A stretch of 56,887 nt of DNA, the filler included, from Sphacelaria rigidula (lineage: Eukaryota), in the NCBI GenBank assembly GCA_964200075.2. It is 6 parts of 6 records of this genome, joined end to end, with 100 filler letters (N's around TTAATTAATTAA, not from the genome) between each part and the next. Parts side by side here need not be neighbours in the genome. Positions count along the whole stretch, not along the records: positions 18,998 to 28,395 come from CAXNAA020008593.1; positions 28,496 to 37,893 come from CAXNAA020008594.1; 4 more parts are not named here. One strand, written 5' to 3'. The notes below the pieces were generated by a model that made no database searches, was not told the origin of the DNA, and saw nothing but the letters and a program-made list of their open reading frames with translations. A program made the position numbers and the translations under genes. Numbering within the stretch: position 1 is the first letter of the stretch; each line of letters opens with the position of its first letter. Shown piece by piece: positions 23,040 through 35,414 of this stretch.

Positions 23040-24901
23040 CGCTCAAGAGTGAGTGCAGGTCGGATGCTCCCGAAACAAACTTGCGCTCAGACGATTGTTC
23101 GTTGAAAAATCACCTATATCTGTAGGAGTGTGTCTTTTGAATTGAGAAGTTGCAGGAGTAAAATATTTGTTTTGTTATTTCTGTAAAGTGACTATCGCCA
23201 GCGCACGTGTCGTTTGAGGCGCGACGTGAGGATGTCGTCCTGCTGTCATCATGACTTTACAATCGTGTTCGTGCTTTATGCTGCACATTATCCGCACACT
23301 CTGGCGCACCAGATGGCCCTGTTGAAGATTTGAGGGGACGCTACATCTCGCCATGGATGCAGCGCACACTGCTGCGAGGTGGGTATGCCGCAGATGCTGA
23401 CACTTGGGGATGATCAGTGGCAATGCTCTATCTAGCGTACAGACATGCTTTGCGAAAGGTGATTGCGATGTATCGTTGCATGTACCCGAGCCTGCTTCCC
23501 CTCGCCGTGCCAGGCTCCTGGGTTCATAGTTGGTGCACAAAGTTTCTGTGAAGTTCACTCGTCATGTGCCAGCGAGAAGGCCCCGAAGAAAAATGCTGGA
23601 TTACATCAAGTCAACTCTCCAGCTAGATGGGATGGTTGTTGTTGATATGATGACATCTGGCGAATTGTGCGTTCAAGCTGATGAATGATTGTTTGGCATA
23701 GTGCTTCCCAATCATTTCGGTTGTCTAAGGTAGCGCTAGTCTTCACTACCGACCGTGCTTTTGGTGCCACTCGAAAGCTCTGTTATATATCTGAAATACT
23801 GGGGTGCCTCAGGATATCACCAGAATGAAACGATCCTGATCCAAACCATCACCCCTGTCGTGGTATGCGCTGGTGATCGAGCTAAACCCTCTTGTTCACC
23901 GTGTTGAATCTGATATACAGTCTTGTACATCGTGCGACTACGGCCGCCGCAACAAGGTATCAATTGTATTTTTTAAGACCCCGGAATACTGCCTTCCATG
24001 CCCAATAGCATATATCCATGTACATCTATTTTTGTCTCAAACCCAACACTCTCCCTGTTATTACTTGTCCTTGCGGATCTCACGACTGTGCAAAACAATG
24101 GGACCCCTATCTAGTACGAGCTGGGCCAGCCTAGAGTCTGCATGAACGTTTGCAGGCGGATGCGCCGGCCAATATTTGGAGTGAAAAGCAAAAGGGAGAT
24201 TTACTGCTGGCCCAGCTCGTATGTCGGAGAATCGTTTGTGTGCGCCCTCGGTCAGTATGTAGACAGCACTGCGTACTGACTGACATGAATGTTTACAGAG
24301 ACAGGCACAACGACTTCACAGCATAGCGAAGACTTACCCGTCTGTAGACATCACTGCGTACCAACTGACATGATGTTCTACAGAAACGAACAGGACGATA
24401 ACACAGCAGCTCAAGCAAGGCCAATGGAGACTCCACCGTGTTCGCAAGGTCTAAACACACCATAGTACAGTAATAGCTACGGTACACGAGAGAGGGCGTC
24501 AGTGTGTTTGTGCTGCAGGACCGTGGAACAGAGCATGTCCTACGTTTTGGTTCTTCTCCTGATTTTTTCACGATTCCTCAATTTGTGCCGGGTGCCGATC
24601 TTGAACGCACGGTCATAGCCACGATTCGCGCACATGCTTTGATTCTGTACAAAACCATCCCCATTTATGGGTCCTGAGCATGTACGCTTACGAACCGACG
24701 CTCACACACCGAATGTTTTCCCCTCAGCGTCCTCAAATTGATCAGGGAAATGTAGAAGTTCGAACCCCGCATTCTCCACAGTAGTGCTCACTTGATGTAC
24801 CAACCAACACTGCGCGTGATGCCACTACTAGAACGCGACTGCCCCTGTACTTCGACAGTCATCGATTAGATGAAGGGTACGCTTAACTTGTTCAATCTCA
24901 G

Positions 24902-25758
24902 GTGAAAACGAGCATCCGCCTTCGTGGGCTTTTCAGGCGGTGCAAGTGCTGACGTCGCTATGGCATTTCGTGCTCCCGGTGTTGGATGACATTACCGACC
25001 TGGTGCTCCTGTGGCAAACGTTCGACAGCACTTCACCCACCCTGTGGTGTATCTGTGCGGTCGTGTTTGCCGTGGCTGATTATGAGCGCTTGTATGTGGC
25101 GTTCTTCGTGGTCGTATTTTTGGCGAGGGCCCTTCTTTACCAGCTATGCTGTTGCTGCAACAGTTACGATGGAGTACGTCATTACGTCTCTGGTGTGCTG
25201 ACAACGCTAGCTTTTGGGCAAAGGATCGACCTGGATGAGGCATGGATCCTGTTTGTCGATTCTTTGTTGTGGGTGCTGTTCGGCTCACGGGCTCGATCCG
25301 GCGACTTGATGCGACAGCTCGGGCTAGCGGGGGACGCACCGGTGGAGGCGTTGAACCGGGGATCTGGTAACAACGCCATCGACGTGCTCGTTTATTACCA
25401 CCCCTTCCGGTATTTTGGTGCATTCGTGATGAGCTTCCCTCGCGATCGGAGATTGGTTACCCGAACGCGCAGAGAGGCACACCGGAGGACGACCGCTATG
25501 GTGAGGGCGGTCGGGGAGACACTGCTGGTGGATCCGTTGTTCCTTGCTCTCTCGGTGGTGTCGGGGGGTTGGGATGACAACTTTACGGGGTTCACCTTTA
25601 TATCCGGGATGTTTTCGATCCTAGAATTGGTAAGCGAGTTACAGTACTATATTACCGAAGCAGAGCATGCCCTCCCCCACTCTACGGGAGCCGAAAGGAC
25701 TGGTGACCGGGGAAGTGGCGGGGCCGTGGCCAGCCCTGCAGTAGGACAGAGCGTGTGA
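24902..25758 (+). CDS. Terminal exon encoding a multi-pass membrane domain (XK-like motifs), probably the C-terminus of the LRR gene
   Basis: The phase-1 acceptor tctcag|GT GAA AAC continues into the 272-aa ORF. About 5-6 hydrophobic segments, with motifs LDDITDL, GETLLVDP and SGMFS. Confidence 0.8.
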
Positions 25759-26579
25759 ATGTTGGTTCACTCGGTGATATTTGCATCACGGCGGACGGGG
25801 GGCGGGTGCAATGGGCTGTTTTTGAGTTGTTGTTCATATGTGCTTGAAAATATTTTCAGCCGAACTGCGCTGCCCGCATCGGTGCCTGCCAGAGTGGGCG
25901 GCAATACAGTCGTCGGCGCGTTGGAATAATCTATTCCAGTATCATTCCGGTAGTTTGCTTCAGGTCTCATGTGCGAACTGCCTATTCTGCCTGCTTGCAT
26001 TGCTTATTTTTCGCCATCGTATCAGAGAGGGTATCCAAGTGTTTCTGCGTGTTCGTGGTAACCATCGCGGCGCGCCTGGGAGACTCGGACCTCCGTCGGG
26101 ACTGACAATTCTCGTAGTGCACGCTTGCGTCCATTCATCGACTCACACTCCCCTGGAAGTTTCCCGAATGACTGCTTTGTTCTGACGTCCTCTACGAAGC
26201 CATACCCACAGTAAGTACACTGATGACTGTAGTGTCCACATTACGGTGGGGAAAACGCGCGGTTCGACTCTCGCCAGATACCCTCTCATCTTCAAAACCA
26301 ATGTGTAAATTTGGTATGAACATCCTTACGTGCATGAAGAAGAGCTGCCAGAGCACACCCATGGCGATCTCTCGACCACAGGGATATGTTTAACTGGTGA
26401 TATGTCGCCGCGATTCTTGAGATATTTTTGTCGAACGGAATATCGGTGTTTAGACTGGCCGAGCTCGTCGTGATTCGTGTTTGAATCAGGCTAGACACTT
26501 TATTGCCCGACATGTTCTAGGCAACCGTGTCCTCCACAGATGCGCAACAGGTGGCAAACCACATTTCCACACACTTTCC

Positions 26580-27310
26580 ATGTGTGTGTCATCCCATTTA
26601 TTCTGAACCCCAGTTTAAACCTTTCGCTACATGTATGTGGGCACATCAGCCGGAGTCAAAGGAGAAAGTTCAACACAGAAGAGTCTCCTGGAAAATGATG
26701 TTGAATATGAAAATGAGTTTCAACTCCAAACAACGTTTCCCCTCACCTAACGTCATGGCAAATAACTCTCCTTTGGGCGGCCTCATACCCCCCGACCTCT
26801 GTGGGACTTATTTTGGGAGTTTCCCGTCTCCTGTCGCCCCAGAGAGCATGTGCGAAAGCACCTGATTGGCTGGATTTGAGGGTGAAAAAAGAGATGACTA
26901 TAGAGCGAAAACAGCGCTTTCGCACATACCCTTTGGGGGGACGGAAGACAGGGAACCCTCAAAACTATTTCAGGGGATGCGGGAAAGTGCCGTTTTGGGC
27001 TTGACCCGCATTTGAATATTCCACCTCATTTTCGAGGAGACTATACATGTTCTTCACTTTTTATTTTGATTTAGTTCTCTATTGACCTTCTGCGGTGCTT
27101 GCCTTGCGTTTCATCGCGATGAGGGCTGCCGTCTGTTTCCCTCGTAAGCCGTTACGTCGAAATTTGTGGACGTGGGATGTCGTGCTTCACTGATGAGCAT
27201 GATGTGAGGACAAAATATCAGAGATCATGTGACTTCACCAGGATTCGAACCCACGTCCCAAACAGCAGGAAGTTTCGTTGTTACCGAGTGAGTCACCGGG
27301 GCGACGGTTT
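26580..27310 (-). mobile_element. SINE family A copy interrupted by a MITE
   Basis: Tail half at 26580-26681 and head half at 27043-27310 (ggattcgaaccc...gtcaccggggcgac) match the other family A copies. Confidence 0.7.
26682..27042. mobile_element. MITE related to family 3
   Basis: TIR agtctcctggaaaatga / tcattttcgaggagact. Shares an aaaatgag.ttcaactc motif with the 16570-16988 element. Confidence 0.7.
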
Positions 27311-28395
27311 CTAGAAAACAAAGTAATGTTATTGTACGAATACTACAACGTAGAAAGGGAAAATTCCCGAAAGTGTCCGTTGAGGAATCGCCTTTCGACA
27401 TTGGCGACACGATGGGATAACTCGTACGCTTCATGATGATACAGGCTCACGGGTTTGAACTCCGGCTCACAGCAAACGCAACGGAAACATTACTCGAGAA
27501 CACCGAAGTCATTACGATGGAGGACCAAACAACCGATGTGTGACCTCGAAGCAGAGTGGGTCGACTCACGAGAAAGTCGTCTGCGGAGATTGCTGGATTG
27601 GGGTTTAAATAAACATAGGAGACATGGTGAAACATGCTGTTCCGAAGGTGTAGCAAACTGTCAACCTTTGTCGAAGGGACATCAACGTCACTTGAAAGAC
27701 GTCTGTGTGATCTAGATGAACCATCCTCGCGGTCTTTGGGTTAACCATCTCTGGACAAAATAGAGGCGGCACCTTGGAGAGGGTGTGTAGGGAGAGGTTT
27801 TCGATCTTTACAGGGTCATTTTTCGGTCTTGCACACTAATTTCAAGTCAAATCAATGTAACGCCTCGGCGGGGTTTTTGCTTCTTCGACATAACCTCATT
27901 TTGAACAAGGTTCATTTTTGTATTGGACAAGACGCATAAAGAGCAAAGGCCTAGAGCCACCAGTAGTGATTGGTCATGCTCCCGAACAAGCGTGAGTCAG
28001 GAATAACCGATGAGGGGTGCACAAGTTCTAGTTTTTTCTTTTACATATGTCGTCTACCGGAAAAATTTAATGTGCACCCGGGTGTACAATGGAAACATAT
28101 GCGCACCCGGGGATGATGGCAAAAAACCGTGCGGCTGGTCAGTGCCGCGTGACCACCCCGTCTATGATGACGCAGCCCACACTTTCAGTCGGAGCCAGAA
28201 AAAAAACACAGAGAAGTTCTGTAAGATACATGATGTTGTGCTCTGTGGCGAAATCACGCCGTCACGGTTGAGTATAAAGTGGATCCTGGATGATGACTCT
28301 TGCTGTGTAGCCCAGGCCAGATGGTGCAGGGCTGCAGAATTTTCACTCCGAGATAATGATAAGGTGTTGTTGTAAAGGCTGACAACGGAGACCTT

Positions 28396-28495
28396 NNNNN
28401 NNNNNNNNNNNNNNNNNNNNNNNNNNNNNNNNNNNNNNNTTAATTAATTAANNNNNNNNNNNNNNNNNNNNNNNNNNNNNNNNNNNNNNNNNNNN
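28396..28495. other. Artificial contig spacer
   Basis: N44-TTAATTAATTAA-N44. Confidence 0.97.
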
Positions 28496-28700
28496 CGCGA
28501 TCTATGGCCACCATCTATCTCCTCGAATAGCCATCGTTTTCTCCCTACTGTCGAATGCATCAAACGATTTCATGACACCTTCGTTTACTTCCCGCATTCC
28601 CCCCTCTAGCACGCCCCGTTCCTCCTTGTGTAGTTCAGATTCTGCCACTATATGACTTGTGCTCTCTATTGCTTTGCCACAAGGGCAATTCTGTGCTGTG
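28496..28700 (-). mobile_element. LINE ORF2 C-terminal zinc-knuckle fragment
   Basis: CPCGKAIESTSHIVAESELHKEERGVLE...KTMAIRGDRWWP, a degenerate C-x-C...H...C LINE end. Confidence 0.65.
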
Positions 28701-29265
28701 TGGGATGGAAAGGGGAAGGAGGTGCCACGCATGCTAAAAATCGTATCCATCGTATCGCACTTGTACTTTATTTTTATCCAGAAAGAAAGAATGGTTCTGT
28801 GGTAGTGCATGAACAATGTGGCCGCAGTGTCCGCCTCCTTCTCGAATATTGTAGCGCATAGGTCAATCAGATGCCCCCTTTCCCCCCTTCCCCCTCGAAC
28901 CCAACCCCCTCTAAAGCAGCACGTGGAACGAAAAAGGGACGCGTTACCTTGGAATGCACCCCAGAGACGAACGCACGCATGTACGCGGGAAACGTTGTAC
29001 CAGCGCGGTCAGCTTGGTATATCACGGGTCAAATGGTGTATACACGATGGATTTTGACCCCTTGACTCGGACGCTTTTTCAGATGTTGAGTGCAGGGGCG
29101 TGCTTGTCAAACAATCAAAAGTGAGGGCCGCAAACGTTTTTGTGTTGCTGGTTCTTCGTGGACTGGAGATGGGTTATTGTGACACTCGATCGATCCAACC
29201 AGTCAATTAATCAACCGACCAATTAGTGAACCAATCAATCAAGGAATCAATCAATCAAGGAATCA

Positions 29266-29558
29266 GGCCGTATCGTAGCACATCATTTTTCGATCGAAAA
29301 AGTGCGATGGAAAACAAAAATCCCGATCTGATAGGTCGTGATTTCAACCATCTTCAAAATTAACGACGATGCCGTGTCTTAGCACATCATTTTTCGATCG
29401 AAAAAGTGCGATGGGAAAAAAAAATCCCGACCTGATCGGTCGTGATTTCAACCATCTTCAAAATTAACAACGATGGTTGAAATTACGACCTATCAGATCG
29501 GGAGTTTTGTTTTCCACCGCACAATTTCGATCGACAACTAATTTGCTAAGGCACGCCC
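29266..29558. mobile_element. PIF/Harbinger-like MITE family 4 with a tandemly duplicated left arm
   Basis: tca|GGCCGT...CACGCCC|tca, a 3-bp TSD. 29266-29370 is repeated at 29371-29470. Homologous to 36490-36685 and inserted in an (AATC)n microsatellite. Confidence 0.75.
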
Positions 29559-29691
29559 TCAATCGATCAACGAATCAAGCGATCGATTAGCCAATCGATC
29601 AATCACCCAACCGATCAATCAACCAAATCAATCAAGCAACCAAATCAGCCGTGACGTCATGAACCAAACATTTATCACCCGCGCGCACAAG

Positions 29692-29844
29692 GTAACGCAC
29701 GGTGCGGAGGCTTTCGAGGCGGGCGACTCTGTCATCCTGACCTTGAAGGACCAAGGCATACTTGACGAGGACGAGCACGGTCGGCCCACGGGATTGGCCG
29801 AGCACGACGATGAGCTGGAGAACGTTCACATGAAGGAAGCGGAG
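29692..29844 (+). CDS. SART1: U4/U6.U5 tri-snRNP-associated protein 1 (SART1/Snu66), internal exon
   Basis: VTHGAEAFEAGDSVILTLKDQGILD...DELENV contains the SART-1 ILTLKD motif. AG/GT boundaries, phase 0. Confidence 0.88.
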
Positions 29845-29952
29845 GTGCAGTGAAGAAAACGAACCACAGTAGAGCTAACAGCTAAAAACAATACTCTTAA
29901 CTTTTGAATTTACCTTGTTGATTGTAAAATTTTGGTTGGTGAATATTTTTCA

Positions 29953-30358
29953 CAAGGTTGTGTTCTGTAGGGTACGTTTTTTTCGTAGCCGGGTATTACC
30001 CGTTTCCGGCAGCTCTGTGGTTCTGTAAGTTATATAAGCTTCCCATACCGGTACCCGGCAGTTTTGTGGGTTCTGTAAGTTCTGTAAGTTCTGTAAGTTC
30101 TGTGAAGTTCCCCATGACGGTACCCAACAGTTCTGAGAGATCTGTACAAAAGGTTGACCCTTACCCGGGCCACGGGTACACCCTTGAAGGAATACCCAGT
30201 GGCGAGTAAGGGGTTTCTGTAGAACCTCTGTATCATATCCGACAAGTTCTGTAAGTTCTGTAAGACCTCCGTAACAACCCTACCCGACGATTTTATGAGT
30301 TACGTAAGAAGTCCAATAGCCTACCCAGCATACCCGTACCCTACATAGCACAACCTCG
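29953..30358. mobile_element. MITE (possibly hAT-like) with internal TTCTGTAAG repeats
   Basis: TIR aggttgtgttctgtagggtacg / cgtaccctacatagcacaacct. Confidence 0.7.
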
Positions 30359-31066
30359 ATTCTTTTGTTCATTTCGAGTCATACGGTGTGGTGAGTCCCG
30401 TCTGGGTGCTTTTCTTGCTAGTTGTTCGTGGGTGTTTTACTTGTCGGTGTGTATATCTCCTGCCTCTCTCTCTGCTTGTCTGTCTCTCTTGACTCTCTTC
30501 TCTTCTTAGTTTTCTTCTCCCCCTCTGTATGGCTGAATCATGATTTGTCTGCCAAATCTAATTTCTTTCTCCGCGTGGAATCTTTCTGATCATTTCATGT
30601 TTTGTTTTGTTTTTTTCTATCATAACACCATCTCCATCTCAATTTATTTCCCATTTTTCGTGTCCGGTTTCTCCACCGATTCGGTAGTTCATATTCCAAA
30701 CTCTTCATTATGACGTGATTATCAAACTTGAATACCCACATCGATTAAGGCCGCCCAAAATACAGACGCCGACAAGTCGGAGCTCGAGCCAGAGGTTGAG
30801 CTTGTTGCCAGAATTATTTTATTTCTATTTCATGTAAAAAGCTTGTCGCCACTCATCTCTTGGCCTGTCCGACCCTGCCGTGTGTTGTTTTGTCCTTTCC
30901 TGATCTGATTTGTCTTTTCCTGATCTGACGTGAACCTGTCTTGTCCTTATCTGATCTGATATTACCCGATCTGATTTGACCTCACCTGACCTAACATCAC
31001 CTGTCTTATACTGTACTTCCGTTTGTTGTCGTGCGTTATCGTTGTGCTTATCTCCTCTGTTGTCAG

Positions 31067-31174
31067 AGGCGGAAGGAACTTGAGAAGGAAGCTGTTCGAG
31101 CCAAGCGCGGCGCGTATCAAGCTTACGATGATGAAGAGTTCGAGGGAGATATTGGCCCGGGCGCTCAAAGAAAG
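31067..31174 (+). CDS. SART1: SART1 internal exon (ends at a GC donor)
   Basis: RRKELEKEAVRAKRGAYQAYDDEEFEGDIGPGAQRK. Acceptor tgtcag|. Only AAG|gcacgt preserves frame into the next exon. Confidence 0.8.
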
Positions 31175-31743
31175 GCACGTATATGGAGAGGTACTGACAC
31201 GCGTTCCTTCCCCCGCGCGCCTTTCCCAGACATGTGCTTGGCAGAGTACCGTAGAACGCGGTAAGTATCACCCGCGCGCTTTACCATGGATTATGGTGCA
31301 TTCAACCCCCGAGTGATGAGTGCTTGGGACCGGGAAAGTCATCACTAAGGAGGTGGTATTGAGTGTTGGGACCGGGAAGGTTATCACTCAGGGGGTGGTA
31401 TTCAGGGAGTGTTATACCACGAAAAACAGAAATCATTTTCCAGAAACGTAGAAAAGCATCGAATTGCTAACCGACCAATCAACGACGAACAAATGGATGT
31501 TGTGTTGATCGGTTGGGGAATGTCTTGGTTGACCAAAAATAATTAGACCTCGTGGTCATTCAGCAGCCGGATATGACATGACCATGTGTACATTTATTCC
31601 TGGAGAACAGAGAGGAACATTTTCCCCCCAAAACAGACTGAACACCATAACAAACGACCAATCAGCATACCAACCAAGCGACGATGAAAAAAAACAATCC
31701 ATTAGTGTTAAATTTTTGTTTTCGTTTTATTTGTTATGTGCAG

Positions 31744-31944
31744 GTGCTTTCGCATTACGACGAGGAGAAGAAAGAAGGGCCGAGGCTCACACTGGGGCAA
31801 GGCGGAACAGCGAAGAGTGGAGCCGAGGGAGGTGAGGCCGAGGGAGAGAAGAAAAAAGTGCTGGAGAGCTTGCAAGTGGAAGTCAAGGATGCGTCGGAGT
31901 ATTATACTACGGAGGAGATGGCCAAATTCAAGAAGCCCAAAAAG
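31744..31944 (+). CDS. SART1: SART1 internal exon
   Basis: VLSHYDEE...ASEYYTTEEMAKFKKPKK carries conserved SART-1 motifs. Bounded by tgcag| and |gtgatc. Confidence 0.9.
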
Positions 31945-32977
31945 GTGATCGGTGTTCATCGTCCACCGTCTGTGGTTGGCGAAGGAAGTTGCCTCGGGAG
32001 TAGTTGGATTGTTTGGTGGCGGAAACCATTAAAAACAAAAATGTGAAGATTATTTTTACGTGATTCTTCTGTGTTTTTTTCTGTGATCTTCTGTGATCTG
32101 TGTTTTTTTGTGATTTTTTGTGATTTTTCTTGTATTTCTTGTGTTTTTTCTTGTGTGTGTGTTTCTTCATGTGCTTTATGGGATGCCTATGATTTTTTTT
32201 TTCATGTGCACTAAGATCTTTGAATCATGTATATATTTATTTGTTCGCCACTGAACTGAAACACAAATTACGGCAACCATTTATTCAGCAAGCGATGTCC
32301 ACACGACCGTGTAGGAAGTGTTTTTTTTCTTCTTTTGTGCCACCATGTGTACTTTGTTCCACCTGTTATTCCCACATATTCAGGCTGTGTCAAGGGTCTT
32401 TGTCCATTCCAATTTCACCCTTTCCTACTCTTGCGTACACACAGCACAACACCATGCAGTACAGTGCAGTACAGAACGATGTGTTACATGGTTGATAAAA
32501 GTCCGAAAGAACCGTCTGCGCTAGCGCAGAGGAGACCCGGAGGCGATACGCGCTCTCCGCAGGAGGGGCCCGCAGGCGAAAAATAACTGTTTTTTTGTCC
32601 GTCAAGATACGCCAAAACAGCCCCCAAACTATTCTTCGCCTACGGCCAAACGTTTGTGGCTCAATTTCTTTTGGCGGCAAACCGCAAATGGCTCTCAAAG
32701 AAATCCGCGCTGGCGCAGATGCGCAAACGCTTTTTTTAATCCTGATGTATTCCCCAAACGATAACCTGGCAACACAACGTAAGATACATGTATTCATCTA
32801 CCATATAAAATGGAATACATTGCCCCCGAGTAATCCCGCTGCGGTGGCCGGACCTCTGTATTTTCCCCTTGTCAGCAAATCCTGGCGAAAGCGGGAGTGC
32901 GAGATGACTTTCGAATGTATCCCATGACTTCACTGTGCGGTACAACGTGCTGTGCTCTGTTGTGCTGCACTGCATGG

Positions 32978-33009
<32 letters not shown>

Positions 33010-35005
33010 GGATGTTTGTATATATATGTACATGTATCATTTCATATTTTTCACCCCTTTTGCCGAGTTTTCTCTTGCAGCAAGGCATTTTATCCCGCGC
33101 TTCCTTTTGCGGCGCACGAAGAAGGCGCAGCGGTACATTACCGTTCAGGTTTGGGCGCCATCTGATACCTGTGGCGCATGTTCTGGCCACCGAAAGTCGC
33201 CCACAATGGCTCTTTTTCGCGGGGTGTCGATCCCGAACCACAAAAGCCTCTTCAAGAGGATGGAAAACTTCAAACAGGAACCCGAACCACAAACGCCTGT
33301 TCATGGCGGGGTATTTTTTCACCGTGATTTTGTTTGCGTTCTCGTTGATTTGGGAGCACGAAGACGGCGGGTGTGCAGCGAATGTCACGAGAACATGAGA
33401 GCAAAGCAGTTGAAAACAGTTGAAAATTACCTTGGCCTTAGTCACCACCAAACACAAGACTGTGCAATGAGCCGTTGGCGAGTTGAACAAGGCACGCCCG
33501 TGGGCAAACGTTCCCATTGTGGGTTACCTGTTGTGGAGGACCAGCGCAGGGGGTACCGAAATCCCTGTGATCATACAACCCGTAAGAGAGAGTTTATCAC
33601 AAGATGCACCTGTGAAGTACTGGCGCAGGGATGTCCTTGTGACAGGGATGCATCCCTACGCAGGTACTTCACAGAGGGGACCTGAAGAAATGTACGTAAA
33701 CAATGGTTGGTACTATGGAGATGCCGCCAATTCTAATGCTAACCCTAACCCTAACACCGACCCAGGCATACCGAGAATCCTCGGGCGAAGGAGGTGCAGA
33801 GTGATTCTCAAGTAAAGCGTGCGTTGCGAGAGCTCAAATCGACACTTTTGAGCCAACTTTGGACCAAGACACGTTCTGGACGAGCTGGGTCTACTGCTCA
33901 CCACTACTCACCTGTCCCAAATCATGAATTTTCTCAGAATTTTCTTCAGTCTGAAATCAAATAAAATCGAGTACCAATCATTGTTGACGTACATCTCTTT
34001 GAGTCTAACAAGTGTGATTTGAAATCCATGCGCGCGGGGTGGGACCGGCATGTAGAGAACCCTGCACAAGTTCGCCGTGTACTACCGGAACGCGACTTTT
34101 TTCAGTAGCAATCACTTGCGATGTGGGCTGTGACGGGTCTCGTGCGTGATGGTGCTTTTTCCACCTCCGCTCACCGCCCGTGAAGCGCGCTTTTCATGCT
34201 GGAAGTGCCCACCCCACTTCCCGTAATGATCTCCACTCTTGGTGTGAGGCAATTGAAACTACGGAATTTGACAGTAGCGACTAGAAGGTGCATATTCTCC
34301 CACACAAGTGCCTCCATAATATAGAAAATGAAAAACACTGATGACATTCTCGACTTGCGTCACCCCCGGGAGGCCAGTAACAACCTCCCGAAGGGGAACA
34401 TTGTATATATATATATATATGCCTTTCTGTCGTTTTTCTGTGTTTTCCCTCAACCCGCCTCCCCAAATTGATGATTGAGTATACTTTGTTTCGGTCAAAC
34501 CCTAAGGCCACCTCTAACCCGAAGCACAAGCAGACCGAGCACCATCAGCCAAGGAGAATACGTACGGTGTGCCTCTAGGCAGAGTGTGCGTTGGGAGAGC
34601 TCAAATCTGAGCCCAAACCTGTACTGAGCACGCTGGGCCTGCCCTTAGAACTGTGAGTCCTAAGCCCTGCAATGATCCCCAACTATTGAGCTCTCCATGT
34701 TTTCGTACGAAATACACCAAGATTTGTATACCGGCTGAAATTCTGGTATCCACAGAACTATGAAAGAGGTATTTTGTCGGCAAATACCCTTCCGGGCCGT
34801 ACTGGAGTATTCGGAACCGGGTCCGACACCCTGCCGAACTATACCGGAACGTTTGGTACGCATTTCGGTATGCATTAGTATGCCAACCAAAAATCCCCCG
34901 CTCCTGGGTATATACCCCAGAGAGCACAGTCTTGAAATATACCGTGAGCGACATAATTTATCTCGACCCCCCCCCCCCCAAAAAAAAACGCCTCCCCCAA
35001 TGCAG

Positions 35006-35323
35006 ATGAGAAAGAAGCAGAAGAAGTTGCGTCGACGGGATCAAGATGGTGCGTCTTCCTCTCTGGGACTCGAAGCCGCTATTCACAACGGCAACGGCGA
35101 CTCAGCGGCGGCGTCGGCAGCGACAAGCAATGGCTCTAGTCATGGCGCCTCCGTCTCTGCCGCGGGGGGGGACCACGGGTCAAGGGCTTCTCGAGCCGCG
35201 ATGAAGGCCGGGGCGGACGAAGATGAGGCGGCTGCTAGAAAAGCGAGGTTCGAGGCTGCTGTAGCCAGGGCGGGTGAGAGGGCGAGCGAGAAGCTCAAAG
35301 ACAGCTTCGGTAAACCCGAGAAG
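35006..35323 (+). CDS. SART1: SART1 internal exon
   Basis: MRKKQKKLRRRD...DHGSR...RKARFEAAVARA. Bounded by tgcag| and |gtgtgt, phase 0. Confidence 0.82.
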
Positions 35324-35414
35324 GTGTGTACTGTAGTGTCTTGTCCTAGACTCTTCCGTAATGAGCGGTACTGCATTGTCCTTCCTATCCTGTCCCGTCC
35401 TTGACTTGACTTGT

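Noticed and set aside
33140-33170. FRFGRHLI resembling the FHIT N-terminus
   Set aside because: The similarity stops after eight residues and no HIT motif follows.
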